A stretch of 63,807 nucleotides of DNA, the filler included, from Dugesia japonica (Eukaryota), in assembly GCA_001938525.1 (NCBI GenBank). It is 6 parts of 6 records of this genome, joined end to end, with 100 filler letters (N's around TTAATTAATTAA, not from the genome) between each part and the next. Parts side by side here need not be neighbours in the genome. Positions count along the whole stretch, not along the records: positions 37,333 to 45,510 come from MQRL01547426.1; positions 45,611 to 55,517 come from MQRL01619958.1; 4 more parts are not named here. One strand, written 5' to 3'. Below, in pieces: positions 38,231 through 50,179 of this stretch. Position numbers and translations under genes: made by a program. The stretch's first letter is position 1, and each line of letters opens with the position of its first letter. A model generated the notes under the pieces. The model saw only the letters and a program-made list of their open reading frames with translations, had not been told where the DNA came from and did not search any database.

Positions 38231-40673
38231 TTTTCGGCGAATAAAGATTTAAGGTTTCTAAGTAGTATAGGTACGCGAAAAAAATTCAGGTTTTTGTCTT
38301 TTCGTTGAGTTTGTCTCACTCGTTGAGTTTCCTGATCTTCGATTTTCTTGTTTTTTTAGAGGTTCTCTTTGGTGGCAATGGGTGTTCCATGCTCACTTTT
38401 TCCAANNNNNNNNNNNNNNNNNNNNNNNNNNNNNNNNNNNNNNNNNNNNNNNNNNCTTACATTAATAGATCATTCTATGCATAATATTATTTCGGTCGTG
38501 CTTTCTAGACAGTTCATACACATTTCTTTTGCGTATTTCATAGTAATTGGTAGTGGTTTGTTAATTGTTGTATCATCATGAAGACATCCTTTCTTTTGTT
38601 CATTTCCTTCATATATTCATTTAGTTTCTTCTCTGACTGTGAAAGCTGAGGTTTCTAATTGACTTCTGACAGTTATTAGGCAGTGGTAACACATTTTCTT
38701 TCATTCTTTTCTGCTTACTGGTAATTTTGAAGGTTGCACTCTTATACAAACTAGACATTTGATCTGCGTCGATTCAATTAGTTTTTCGGTTTTGTTTTCT
38801 TTTTTATTCTGTTGATCTTTGGTTTTCTGTTGAAAGTCGTTGTCTGGTTGATACAATTGGTAGTAATTGGAAGAATATCATTCTTTTGGCCAAAGCCAAC
38901 TGCTCTGTTCTCTTGAAATTTTGACTGCTTAAGGTTCAGATGCCATTCCACTTGTTTAAATCCAACTGCTCCAATTCCTTGTAACTTTCCTCGCAGGAAA
39001 TTATCTATTTCCGTTTTTCGTTGTTGATATACAGTAAGCAAAATAATTCTGTATACTTTCCTTTTTGATAGGAAGTTGTTTAGGTACTTCGCCGTATCTA
39101 AAACATTTGTTGTCTTTGCATTGGTGTCTGTTTTTGTCTTGTGTACGGAACAGTTCTCTCAATTTTAGAGCTACCGTTGCCTCCAATTCCATTAATTCAT
39201 TTCGAAAGGCAATATTACATTGGTAACAGTCCATTTGTGCTGTTCTTTGATCTATTAATACTGTACTTCTTTGTATGACACCACATTTTCTACAAGAGTT
39301 TGTTTCTGATGTTTTGTTGATTTTTAGCATACAAATTTGTTCTGACTGAGGTAGTAATCTTTAACTTCTGTTGGTGGTTGAATTCGTATTTCGTCCAAGT
39401 TTTAATACTTTATATAGCAATTTTTGTTCATCCTCCGAGTCACTCGATACCTCTTGAATTGATTCTGTTCCTTCCAATTCTTGTTCTTCTGTTTCTTGGG
39501 TTTCCGTGATGATTTGTTCATCTGTTACTTTTGTTAACGCTGCCGTTTTGCATCGATTCACATGAATCCATAGTAGGTTCTGAAGTGTTTTACCAACCAA
39601 TCTGACTTTTACATTGATTTCTGTGACTGCTGATACTTCTTAAGGTCCTTTGCTTGGTTTCTTTAACTTTACTATCGTTCCAATTTCTATTTCCGGAATA
39701 TTAACTAATACTTTATCTTCTTTCTTAAACGTATGGGGTTTTGTTTTTTTATCATGATAATCTTTGACACTTGATAACACTTGATATATAATCTTACTTT
39801 ATTTTATTGACTGATACTCCGTCTACTGATTTAGCTGTTTGGTCACTGATAAGTATCCCTTTTCGTTGTTCTTAGGATAAGCTGCTATTATTTAGTATGA
39901 TTAGTGTTGATCCTGTATCTAGAAGTGCGTTAACGTTTTGTCCATTTAATTTAATATCGATGCGGAATCGTGGCCCGCCTGGACCGAATGCATAACAAAC
40001 TTTCTCTTTGATGTCACTATCTAATTGTATTTCATTTGAATTTTCGTATTCTTCTAAATGAATTTGGTAAATATCCTCGTAATCATCCGTGTATTCTGTT
40101 GAGTGTGAAATTTTCCGATTTTCGAACTAAATTTGACATTGTTAGTGGCATTTTGTTTATTTCATCATGATTTTGAACGCTGTCGTAAGTTGCAGTTGGT
40201 GTTTTTCTCTCTCAAATCCTTTTGTTAAAGTTTTGTTTGATTCATTTATTATTAAAATTACCTCTACTAGGTTGTTCTCCAGGCCAAAGTTGAGTTGGAA
40301 CTGCATATCTGAAACATTCTTTTTCCTTATGACCTCTTATTACACACTTGTAACATTGTGATGATTTTGCTATGCATATTTTTTCTGTGACCGAATCTTC
40401 CACAGTAATGGCATTTTGGTTTTGATAATTGACATTGTGACGCTTTATGTCTTTTTTCTCCGCATATTGCACAAGATGTAACTTGTTGGATAACTTTTAG
40501 TAATTTATTATTTTCTTACAATTCCTTGAATATTCTAGTTGATTTAAGTTAATTATACCGTTACTAATTTGGCATTTTTGGCAGTAAATTCAATGCCAAG
40601 ATACAACTGAGACTAATCTATCCATTACAGCTAATGTTTGTTGAATTTTTTGTGCGTTTTCTCTTTGAATTGA

Positions 40674-41042
40674 TCAGTTTATCTGTCTGAGTGTGTAGAT
40701 AACTCGTCCTTTCAGAATACTGATCCTTAATTTCGTTCCTTTCATTGGTCTGTGTGCTTGCGGTGGGAGTGCATCTGGATGTATCAGTGATATACTTGCT
40801 CCTGTGTCGATCAGTGCTGTTAGTTCTATGTCGTTAATTTTTATTAGTAAGGCATCTCCTCTCACTGTTGTTCCTGTACAGACTGTTCTTGTTTCTAAGT
40901 CTTGGCTGCTCTGCATTATTAATAACTGCCGGTTTCGTACCTCTGGTTGTATATTGTCTTGTAGTACCATTTGTTTCTCAGTAATAACTTGTTGATTGAA
41001 TATTTCCTCCCGATTAAATGCTATTACTGCTGATATTATCAT
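40674..41042 (-). pseudogene. Retropepsin-like aspartic protease downstream of the Env TM helix
   Basis: LLIKINDIELTALIDTGASISLIH. Confidence 0.85.
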
Positions 41043-41279
41043 TCCACTTTCTTCGTAGCTGGTTTTTGTAGTGCTTTAAAGTATGACTTTTGTTTGTTCT
41101 CTGGTGTCCAATTCGATGCATATTTGTCTGACTTGTGCTCCAATTTCTTGATCTGAACCATGTAATTTGCTCATTTTCTTGAGGATTTATTTGATGGATA
41201 TCTTTTGTGCAGCTGTTTAGTACAATCGTATTTGTAATTTCCAATTTATTCGTTTTGCTCTTTGGTATATATCAAAACA

Positions 41280-41940
41280 CGCGAACATTCCAATAATCCT
41301 GCCATTGCTTGGCCAAATATGATGAATTTTCCTCACATCTTTTTCATGACGTTGTAAGTTTCTTGTTGAAAGTGATCTAGTGATAATAATAGATCGTAGT
41401 TAGGTCTTCTATTAGATGACATTCCGCTAGCTATCTGTTCTATATTCGATTATATTTGCATTCGTTTTACTGGGAAGAGCATATGTTTACGAGCTCTAGC
41501 TAAATCGTCTGAGCTATAAATTCCATTTTCTGCTACGTTTAGAGATTCAAATCTTTCTCCACCGTTTAGTCTGAGCAAAGAGAATTTTTGAGGTTTCGGA
41601 CTCTATGTAGATCTATCGGCAAATCTGATCCATTTTCCGTTTGGCATTACATATATTGATCCTAAAATATTGGAACAGTTTCTTTGATTTGGAATATAGT
41701 CAGTTGGTGACATTATTTTTGTGACGGGTTGTACATATCTTGTTCTATTTTTATGCCAAATTTCTAGTTCGTTATAACATATTTCTTTGTCTTTCGGTCT
41801 TGGAGTCATTATGGCTGACATTTCTTTGCAATGATAAATAAACATGACTTCTACGATTCTGCCAAAATGTCCTTTACCAAGAGGAAGTAGTGGTGCTACA
41901 TTATCAGTATTTGTTATTCTGGATGAAGTTCTGGACAAAG
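41280..41940 (-). pseudogene. env: Envelope glycoprotein C-terminal half, chuvirus G / herpes gB-like class III fusogen
   Basis: GHFGRIVEVMFIYHCKE...CYNELEIWHKNRTRYVQPVTKIM...CSNILGSIYVMPNGKW; then in frame after TAG, ENGIYSSDDLARARKHMLFP...*GKFIIFGQAMAG plus a hydrophobic TM segment. Confidence 0.78.
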
Positions 41941-42939
41941 TATTTTAATGAGGTCTTTTCCAATTTCATTAGTCGATAATGATCCGTTGAAATGTTTATA
42001 CTTTGTTTGTTGACCAACTTCTTGTGTTAGTCTATTTAGGTGAGTAGTCATGGCTTCTAATTCTTTTGCTTTGAGTTGATATTCTGTCGGTTTAATTTTT
42101 ATCACGTTTTCATCGTAACTGGGTTCGACACGCGGTCTACCTCGTTTTCTGCGCTCCATTGATGTTTCTGCATTGTGTAATTCTCTTACTTCGAAATTAT
42201 TTTCAAATGCGCTCTTGTGATTGATGTCGTATGTTATGTCCATTAGTTCTTGTAGTAAGAAATCAAAAATAGAGTCATCCTCTTAAATTACTTCGGATGT
42301 TACCACTTCTTCAGCATCTAAATCTGCATCATCTATATCTCCGTATGCTGCCATTTTTGTCTAATTACTTCAGTTTTGCTTGTTTTTAGTGCCGGTTATT
42401 CTACTTCTGTGATTTTAATATCATCGTTTTCACTTGGGAGTCTGGATCTCCATGCTGTATGATAAAATATAGTTTTGTCAGGTTGGATACTTTCATAATT
42501 AACATCTAGGAGTGCTGAATCTCCTCTACCCATCGCACAGGTACTGGTTCTTTCTGGTGAGTCAAAGGTAGCTAATAATCGTTTAAAAGATCGTATAGAT
42601 TCTCCAGTACTTTGTTTTTCTGTTGACTTCATTGCAGTTTTGATATTTTCTGCTTTTGGTTTATTTTGTGAGGTGGCTTTTTTATCCATACGTTCACTGC
42701 TTCTGGTTCTTATTGATGATTGAGTTGGTTTGTTTTTTGTTCGAGTAATATCTCTTTCTTGTACTTGTACTTGGTTGGTCATATATTTCTATTATTTCTG
42801 GATCTTTTTCTTTTCTCTTTAACCAATGTTCTGGTGGCATATGGCGTACTGTAATTGCGTTTGGTCGTTTTGAGTTGAGTCCTTGCATACCGATAATTTC
42901 ATCATTTTGGATTGATCTACCCATTTTTTCAGCATTTCT

Positions 42940-43910
42940 GTNCCTTTGATTTCACATAGCAACAAAACGTGTGATTCAAAAGTGTGACCATCAGCCCCAA
43001 AAACGTGTTCAGTTACATTTAAATATCGTGTAATAGCACAATCATTCCACGCGTTGACTGTGATAGAAAATAATCGATTCTCCTTCTTGCAGTTTTGAAA
43101 ATTAATTCGAAGCTTGTCTCGTTTTTCTTCGTAAAATTGGATAATTTTTTATGTTATCGTCGAAGCACTTGTGGGCATTATGTACCCTTTAGATTTCACA
43201 TAGCCTTTGATAGCTTTTGAGTTTGTCATAGCCATAATAGACATACCATCAACTGCAGCGACTCTTGATAAAATTTCCTGCAACGATTCTTTAAAAATTC
43301 AAAATTGTGCTGGTTGTCGGTTTTTAAATTTTTTTTCGATCATTCTCTATGATAGTATCATCAGTCACAGTTTTATTTAGAGAAATATTATGAGATTTTA
43401 GATGATTTATCATAGGAGTCGTTGAGGATCCTTTGCATCCAATAATTTAGCCACATTTATTACACACTGCTGATTTCAGATTATTATCTTTTCTAATAAA
43501 ATGATTCCATACTTTTGAGCGTCCTGACATGGCTAAAATTTAAAACAAAATTATCAAAATTTTTAAAATTATTAAATATATTTTATTAAACAAGGAATTA
43601 CGGGCTGAAATTTCAGCATTAAAGATTTTTTTGCCTCGAGTCCGAGCCGATTCGTCGAACTTAAGATAACACAATACGATATTCATAATATCCGAGTTTG
43701 GCGAAGGCTAAAAAACTAGCCCTAAATAATGGTTTTTCGCAGGTAGTCAATACCATAGAATTTATATCACCTTTCGTCGATTTTGTAAAATATTTCATTA
43801 AAAGTTATAACGAATACTATCCGGATCTTTCCCCAAATATCCGGATATCAAAAAGTTAAAAAAGAGTCGGATATATTCGGATATCCATATATCCGAGTTG
43901 GAATCCCTTA
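42940..43910 (-). mobile_element. hAT transposon 5' part: terminus, subterminal ATATCCG repeats, BED-finger transposase N-terminus
   Basis: From 43530: MSGRSKVWNHFIRK...AVCNKCG*IIGCKGSSTTPMINHLKSH, then FSITVNAWND...YLNVT. The terminus reads TAAGGGATTCCAAC near 43910. Confidence 0.85.
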
Positions 43911-43949
43911 TTTGTGATGATTTATATAGAGATAATAAATTTAAATATT

Positions 43950-44310
43950 TTTTAATTTCATCTTTATTACTTGAATTTTAACTTAGAATTAAATTGTCTA
44001 AATCATTATTAAATTCAATTTCTAAGTTATCTGTTTTAAAACATAAATATGTCGTTCCATTTATTTTTTAACGCANNNNNNNNNNNNNNNNNNNNNNNTC
44101 ATAATTCTATATTCTAAAGGTAAAGGATTACTATTTTTATCTAATCTAAAATCTAATCTTGTATTTGGTTCAGTATAATTATGTCTAAATAAATGTCTTT
44201 CACCAGTATATTTTTCGAAATTAAATGTTTTTTAATAATAATGAAGTAACTTTAGAAGATTGAATATCTCCACAAGTTTTCTCCCATGGAAAATTATTAG
44301 TTAAATTATT
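43950..44310 (-). pseudogene. Polinton/adintovirus PLA2X (parvovirus-type phospholipase A2) relic
   Basis: GDIQ...KYTGERHLFRHNYTEPNTRLDFRLDKNSNPLP resembles the HLPGHNYTGPGTRL motif. Confidence 0.7.
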
Positions 44311-44644
44311 TACTGGTTTATTTGTTTTTTTATTTCATTGATTTATAATTATTTTTCCGGGGAGGGGATTTAAGATTTTTAATAGGTTTATCTTTTCTTT
44401 TATGTCTAACTTTATGTTTACGTAAAGTAGAAGAATTACATACATTACAGTGCTAATTTAGATCACTCACTTTTATTTATTTATTTATAAAAATTATGCA
44501 TCTCCTCTAACGTTTTCTATTATACCTATTTTACCTCCACTTAATTTCATTACAAATTTCTTTTCTTCAAGAATTAAACAGTATAATTTGGCTTTGAAAC
44601 CTGTATCTTTTGTACAATGTAAAGTTACATCAACATTATTTATC

Positions 44645-44990
44645 TCCGTATTCTTTTTTATAATCATAATAAGTTAAAGTAAACTTTAACATATATGAAT
44701 ATACCCCTGGATTTAAAATAGATTCTACTTCTGTTGAACATAATTCCAATCTTATATTGCTAAATAAATTAGGAAATAAATTATTTTCTAAAGTTATATC
44801 ATCATTATCTTTACTAAGTTCTATTTCAGTCGAGTGTTACAAATATCTAAAAGATTTGATGATTGTAATGATTGAAAAACGATGTCTCCTGATTTATTTA
44901 AATTATATCATTTTTCTTTTCATCATGTTTCAATTCTTTGTAGTAGTTTAAATTATGTTTTGATTTTTGCTCTGTAATTTTTTTATAATT
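44645..44990 (-). pseudogene. Major capsid protein fragment of a second Polinton lineage
   Basis: NLNKSGDIVF...ITLENNLFPNLFSNIRLELCSTEVESILNPGV. Confidence 0.75.
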
Positions 44991-46593
44991 TAAAATAATT
45001 TTATAAAGATTATTTATTTTATTGATTATTTAAAAAAAACAACGGTGTTGTTCACTTAGTAAATTTCGTTGTTCTTTTACTAAAAATAAAACGATCCATT
45101 GAATTATTTCAAGAGGCCAACGACGTGGTTCATTTTCTAAATAAAATTTTCTAACATCCTTAAAAATAATAATTTTTTGGATCCTTAAAAATATATTTTT
45201 ATTAATTGATCATTTAAAAATATATTTTTTACTTTCTATATTTTATTTTATCATTTTTATTTTATTTATAAAAATTTGCAATTATTAATTTTTATAATAA
45301 AATAAAAAGATATAAACTTTAAATAACAAAATAAAAATAAAACAAAAGTACCACAAATTTTTATTTTCATCATAAATTTTAAGAAAATCTGACATATTCA
45401 TATATATAAAATATTTCATTCTGATTTTTTTGATATAAACACTTAAACTTGTATCGATCAATGATCTGTATTTCAATTGAAAAATAAATGATTAAATTAA
45501 TGTGTTTAAANNNNNNNNNNNNNNNNNNNNNNNNNNNNNNNNNNNNNNNNNNNNTTAATTAATTAANNNNNNNNNNNNNNNNNNNNNNNNNNNNNNNNNN
45601 NNNNNNNNNNACAGAAAAGTCTTTTAGATATTATAGATATATTATACTTAGAATTTTTTAATTTTTATTTTTTTGTATTTTTTTATATACAAATATCACA
45701 AAGACTCCCCTCTATAGTTATTTTTAATGCACTGAAAATCATGTGCCTGAGAATTTTTATTAATAAATACAATAGGTATGCAAATCAGATGCCACAAGAA
45801 TGCAGATGAGGAAGGTAGTGGAAAGGAAAGATGGAAAAAGATTGACGCGGAACATCGAAAAACTTAAAAAATTCTGGAAGGGTGGGGATGACAGGTTAAG
45901 TAAATGAATATTTTTAATATGTAATTTTAGAAATTAATTAGAAATTAATTAAAATAATTAAAGAAGTTGTTTGAATATTCAAAGTGCTCGGCAGAAGATT
46001 GAAAAGCAAATAAAAAGAGTTAATAATTAAAAGGTGGAATTTATGATTGTTTTAGAAAAATTATTTGAAAGCATGACTGACTGTTTACTGAATGAGCACG
46101 TATGCTCTGTTGCCATTAATGGACAGAATAATTTAAGCTTACAATACAGGTATTATACATTTTAATACTTTTCCTCAATCAAGATCAATCCAACTCAATC
46201 AAGCTAAATCCAATCTACTTCAACGAGTGACTTTATTTTATTTTAGATAACATTTAANNNNNNNNNNNNNNNNNNNNNNNNNNNNNNNNNNNNNNNNNNN
46301 NNNNNNNNNNNNNNNNNNNNNNNNNNNNNNNNNNNNNNNNNNNNNNNNNNNNNNNNNNNNNNNNNNNNNNNNNNNNNNNNNNNNNNNNNNNNNNNNNNNN
46401 NNNNNNNNNNNNNNNNNNNNNNNNNNNNNNNNNNNNNNNNNNNNNNNNNNNNNNNNNNAAATTTAACATGAATACAAGTATACAAAGAGCATGAGTAATG
46501 TAGGTGTGCAATAAGAATGCAAGTTAAACAAATAAAATAAAGTTGCAATAATGGTTAATATAAACAAAATCAACATTTTTCATTTTATCAACA

Positions 46594-46879
46594 ATGAATT
46601 TAGATAAAGTTATAGATGATATGGTTGAATATATTGATATAAATTATTCTAATGAAAATCAACGAAATGTTGTAGAATTGATTGAAGAATAGCAGAAGGA
46701 AACATTTGTAGAAGCTATAGGTAAGATATTTTTATTTATTTGTTATTTAAATAATCAATAACTTAGAAAATATTCAAGAGGATGTTAAAAGGATAGTCGA
46801 TGTACAAACAGTCGAAGATATACCAATGATAGAGGAAGAAATACTGATAATTAAAGGTGCGGACCTTTTAGAAAAATAA
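46594..46879 (+). pseudogene. Small acidic two-exon ORF (46-bp intron at 46721-46766) near a Polinton-type terminus
   Basis: GTAAG...TTAG intron splices in frame (MNLDKVIDDMVEY...EAI|ENIQEDV...LLEK*). One internal TAG; AATAAA downstream. Confidence 0.5.
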
Positions 46880-47139
46880 TCAGATATATTTGACTTTTTT
46901 AAATTGTTAACTATATGTTTTCAAATAAAGATTTGTTTTAAAATTGTTTTTTATTTTCATTAGTAGTGTAACAAATATTCTTCAAAAAACAATTTTTTTA
47001 AAAATTGACATTTTAAATTAATAAATTAAAACAAAAAAAATTAATACAATAAAACAAAAAATATTAAACCTGTCTAGAACATTTTAATATTAAGTCTGCC
47101 TGGAGAACTTTAATATTTATTCTGCCCGGATGATAGTTG

Positions 47140-47395
47140 ATATTGACCTAATAAAGATTGTTATGGAAATTTCCGTGACCTACATTCATTCGAGTGTACT
47201 AAATCAATTTGACTTTAAAAATTTGACCTTGAATTATTTCAACTAATCAGAATCGAGTATACTAGATTAGTGACCTTGAAAATTCGACCTTGAATTATTT
47301 TAGCCGATCAGAATCTAGTATACTAGATCAATGGCCTTGAAAGAAATTGACCTTGTCGAGGGGAGGGGTGATCCAGTGCGCTACTATCTACCTCA
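47140..47395 (+). mobile_element. Polinton-type right terminus with about 65-bp subterminal tandem repeats
   Basis: gatccagtgcgctactatctacct at 47370-47393; repeats of tgaccttgaattattt...agtatactagat. Confidence 0.55.
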
Positions 47396-47689
47396 CCGAG
47401 AAAATTTCAACCAATTTCACCTAAATCATCCAAAAATTACCCAAATTAATCATTCCTGAGGATATATTTGACCAATTTCACCTTAATCACCCAAAAATTA
47501 CCAATCCCATAAAACTAATGAACTCCTTAAATTTTAAAAAAAATAAACAATACAAACTCACATGCACTTAACGAAATATACACAATACATTTATTCAATC
47601 AAATAAACACTATTTAAAAACAATAAACCTAATAAACACCTAAATCCCAATGAACCCATAAAACATATAAAACCTAATATATAGTATTA

Positions 47690-49375
47690 TGGAAAAATAC
47701 TATGGTCAATGTATTTTTGGGGAAATGTTCTATATATGGCCAACATGCAGAACTATAAGTACAAACACATATACAAATGTTTACATATTGGATGCAGAGC
47801 ATATAGGACCATTCATCCAGAATAAGAAAAATTATTAAAAAACCATATTAATTTAGACAAGGTGTGAAACACATGGATGCAGATATGTTGTTGAGAATAA
47901 ATATTGGTACGTGTGTATCATTAGAATGCAAAGGAACGAAAAATAAAGACAAGAACAATTAATGGTATGTCAGGTTCAGATACATATAAATAGCAACGTA
48001 GCGTAGAAGAAATTAAACAGATAAAGAATGATATAAAGATGGAACATGTAAAAGATTTTGATTAGTATAAGATATAATATAAACGAAAGATGGAAAAATA
48101 GAGATCTTGTCAGAAAAAAAAATTCAAATGGTAAAAGTAATGCATAATTTATTGGTGCACACACACAAGGAAAAAGTGACAGATTTTTTGAAAAATGAAT
48201 ATGATATGGAATATTTGAGAGAAACTGTGTCAAAAGTAATTAAAGAATGTACAGCGTGCAAAATGAACAAAGTAACAACAATTAAAACAAAGGAGGATAC
48301 TATAAAACTAAGTCTAATGAACCATTTGAGAATATTTATATTGATATCTGTGGACCATTCCAAGAAATCTTACGAAGAAAAAGATATATATGTGTCATAA
48401 TAGATAAATTTAGCAGATACATATTTTTAACAGCCATAGTTTAACAAGATGAGGAATCAATAAAGAAAACGATTATGAATGGATACTGAAATTTGGTGCT
48501 CCAAAAAAGATACATGTAGATTGTGGGAAGATCTTCGAATCGAAAGCCGTCAAAGAGATCACAGATTCAATGAATATAACGATTCGCTTTTTAAGTCCAT
48601 ATCATAACAATACAAACAGAATAGTAGAGTGTCAATTTAGAAAGATCAGAGATTACATTAAAAGATAGAAAAAATAAAAATTTGGCAGAGTTAATACCAG
48701 AAAAAATAATATACACTAAATGCAACAAGCCAGAAGACTTTGGGGATAAGTCCAGCAGAAGTGATATTCAGTACTAAGATACATAGATAAAGATGATTCA
48801 ATAATGGAGAAAAGAATGAAGAATCTGAAGAGTTGCACCAACAAAGAAACATTTTCAAGTTGGAGACGAGGTGCTAATCAAGGTAGCAAACAGATCAAAT
48901 GACAAATAAAGATAAACAATTTTATACGAGGTGATAAAACAGATTCATGAAAGACGATACTGAAAGGTTCAGAGGGCAAGATGATCGAACAAAATGTGGA
49001 AAATATTTTAAAAAAATTTAAAGAGTGGGTCGTAAGAATGACTAAGAGATTTTAAATATCTCGGAGATTTTTCAAGTTTTATATATATTATACTAAAACT
49101 TATATTTTTAAAACTTTCAAATATTATTGTTAAAAAAAAGTCAAATCAATTTTAAAATATACAACATTTTAAAATACAAATTATTTAAATAATTTCTATA
49201 TATTATATTATGCAAAATTTTAAAAGTATAGAGATTATTTTATAAAATTATGTTTAAAAACAATTAAAGATATATGTAAAATCAAAGCATTTTTTAAAAA
49301 TTAAAATAAATATTTTTTAAAATATTTTATTAAATCTCTTAGATTATTTGTTTGAATACTATGAATTATTCTTCA
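47690..49375 (+). mobile_element. Ty3/Gypsy 3' part: RNase H end, integrase, PPT and 3' LTR (about 49031-49375)
   Basis: HNLLVH...VIKECTACK (HHCC), IYIDICGPF, IIDKFSRY, FGAPKKIHVDCG, SPYHNNTN; purine tract, then an LTR ending ttcttca. Confidence 0.9.
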
Positions 49376-49421
49376 TCTTTGTTTACTTTATTCGAAAACT
49401 TGTAGTAATAAATAAAAATAT

Positions 49422-50050
49422 ATGGAAAGATGTGAGATTTTGAATTTAACTAGTAATCTCAATATCCATCACAAAAATGATTTTAAGGACACTGACAATA
49501 TTATTCTTTGTAAATGTGGTTACAGTTCTAACTTCAAAAAATTAATCCATCACATAGAGGCTTGCAAGGTTCATCCAACTGAATCAAATATGACTGAAGA
49601 TTTCCTTCTCATTGAATTGGATGCCTCGTAACTATGACTAGGCAACAATGTCATCAAAGCTTACCTTTGTCTTAGATAAAAACACTCTGTTCATCAATCC
49701 ACATATAAAAAATGCTCTTATCATTAAATCATTGGGATGAATTATATAGATCATTTCCATTAAATCGTGTTAACAACACCGAAAAAGTAATTCTCCCTTA
49801 CAATTGGAACAACACTCACTGAATCTTTTTCAATGCAGCTAGAGATAAAGGTGAATTCATCCTGATTTACCCAGCCTCAACATACCTTTTAGTTGAACAA
49901 ATAAATATTAAGCTTAACAAAATAATTTTCAAATTCTGCTATTCTAAAGACAACATCAATTTAACAATGACAAAATTGTACAAGCATCCTACTCAAAGAG
50001 GTGACAATGATTGTGGGTTTTTCGTGATACATTTTACAAAATGTAAAAAA
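49422..50050 (+). pseudogene. Zinc-finger plus Ulp1/C48-like cysteine protease pseudogene
   Basis: CKCGY...LIHHIEAC; *LGNNVIKAYL; ILPYNWNNTH*IFF; PTQRGDNDCGFFV (Ulp1-type WL..VI..YL, HW and Q...DCG motifs). Confidence 0.75.
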
Positions 50051-50179
50051 TGTAAAAGACGGTAAAAACTTTAAAGAAAAGAATTGATTTGCAATTATAT
50101 AATACGAGTAAAAGCTGCTAATCTTCCAAACTCAGCTTTAAGAAATCCATCAAGAGTGCATAGAACCTGATAGTAGCTT

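Larger units (their letters stand above)
38250..42930 (-). mobile_element. Large degenerate Gypsy-like retroelement(s) with envelope gene, two aspartic proteases and accessory ORFs
   Basis: Minus-strand order: low-complexity/AT-hook ORFs (RRKRGRPR), Env, protease ALIDTGASISLI, CCHC knuckle CYKCVIRGHKEKEC, protease ALLDTGSTL (about 39900-39990), integrase GPY/SH3 tail (FKKEDKVLV...KGP*EV...IHVNRCK), Cys-rich ORFs. RT, RNase H and integrase core are not seen. Confidence 0.82.

Noticed and set aside
49630-49825. TGA at expected Trp positions (also in env), suggesting an alternative genetic code
   Set aside because: The same relics also contain TAA/TAG stops and frameshifts, and TGG is used for Trp elsewhere. 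Simple G-to-A decay explains it.
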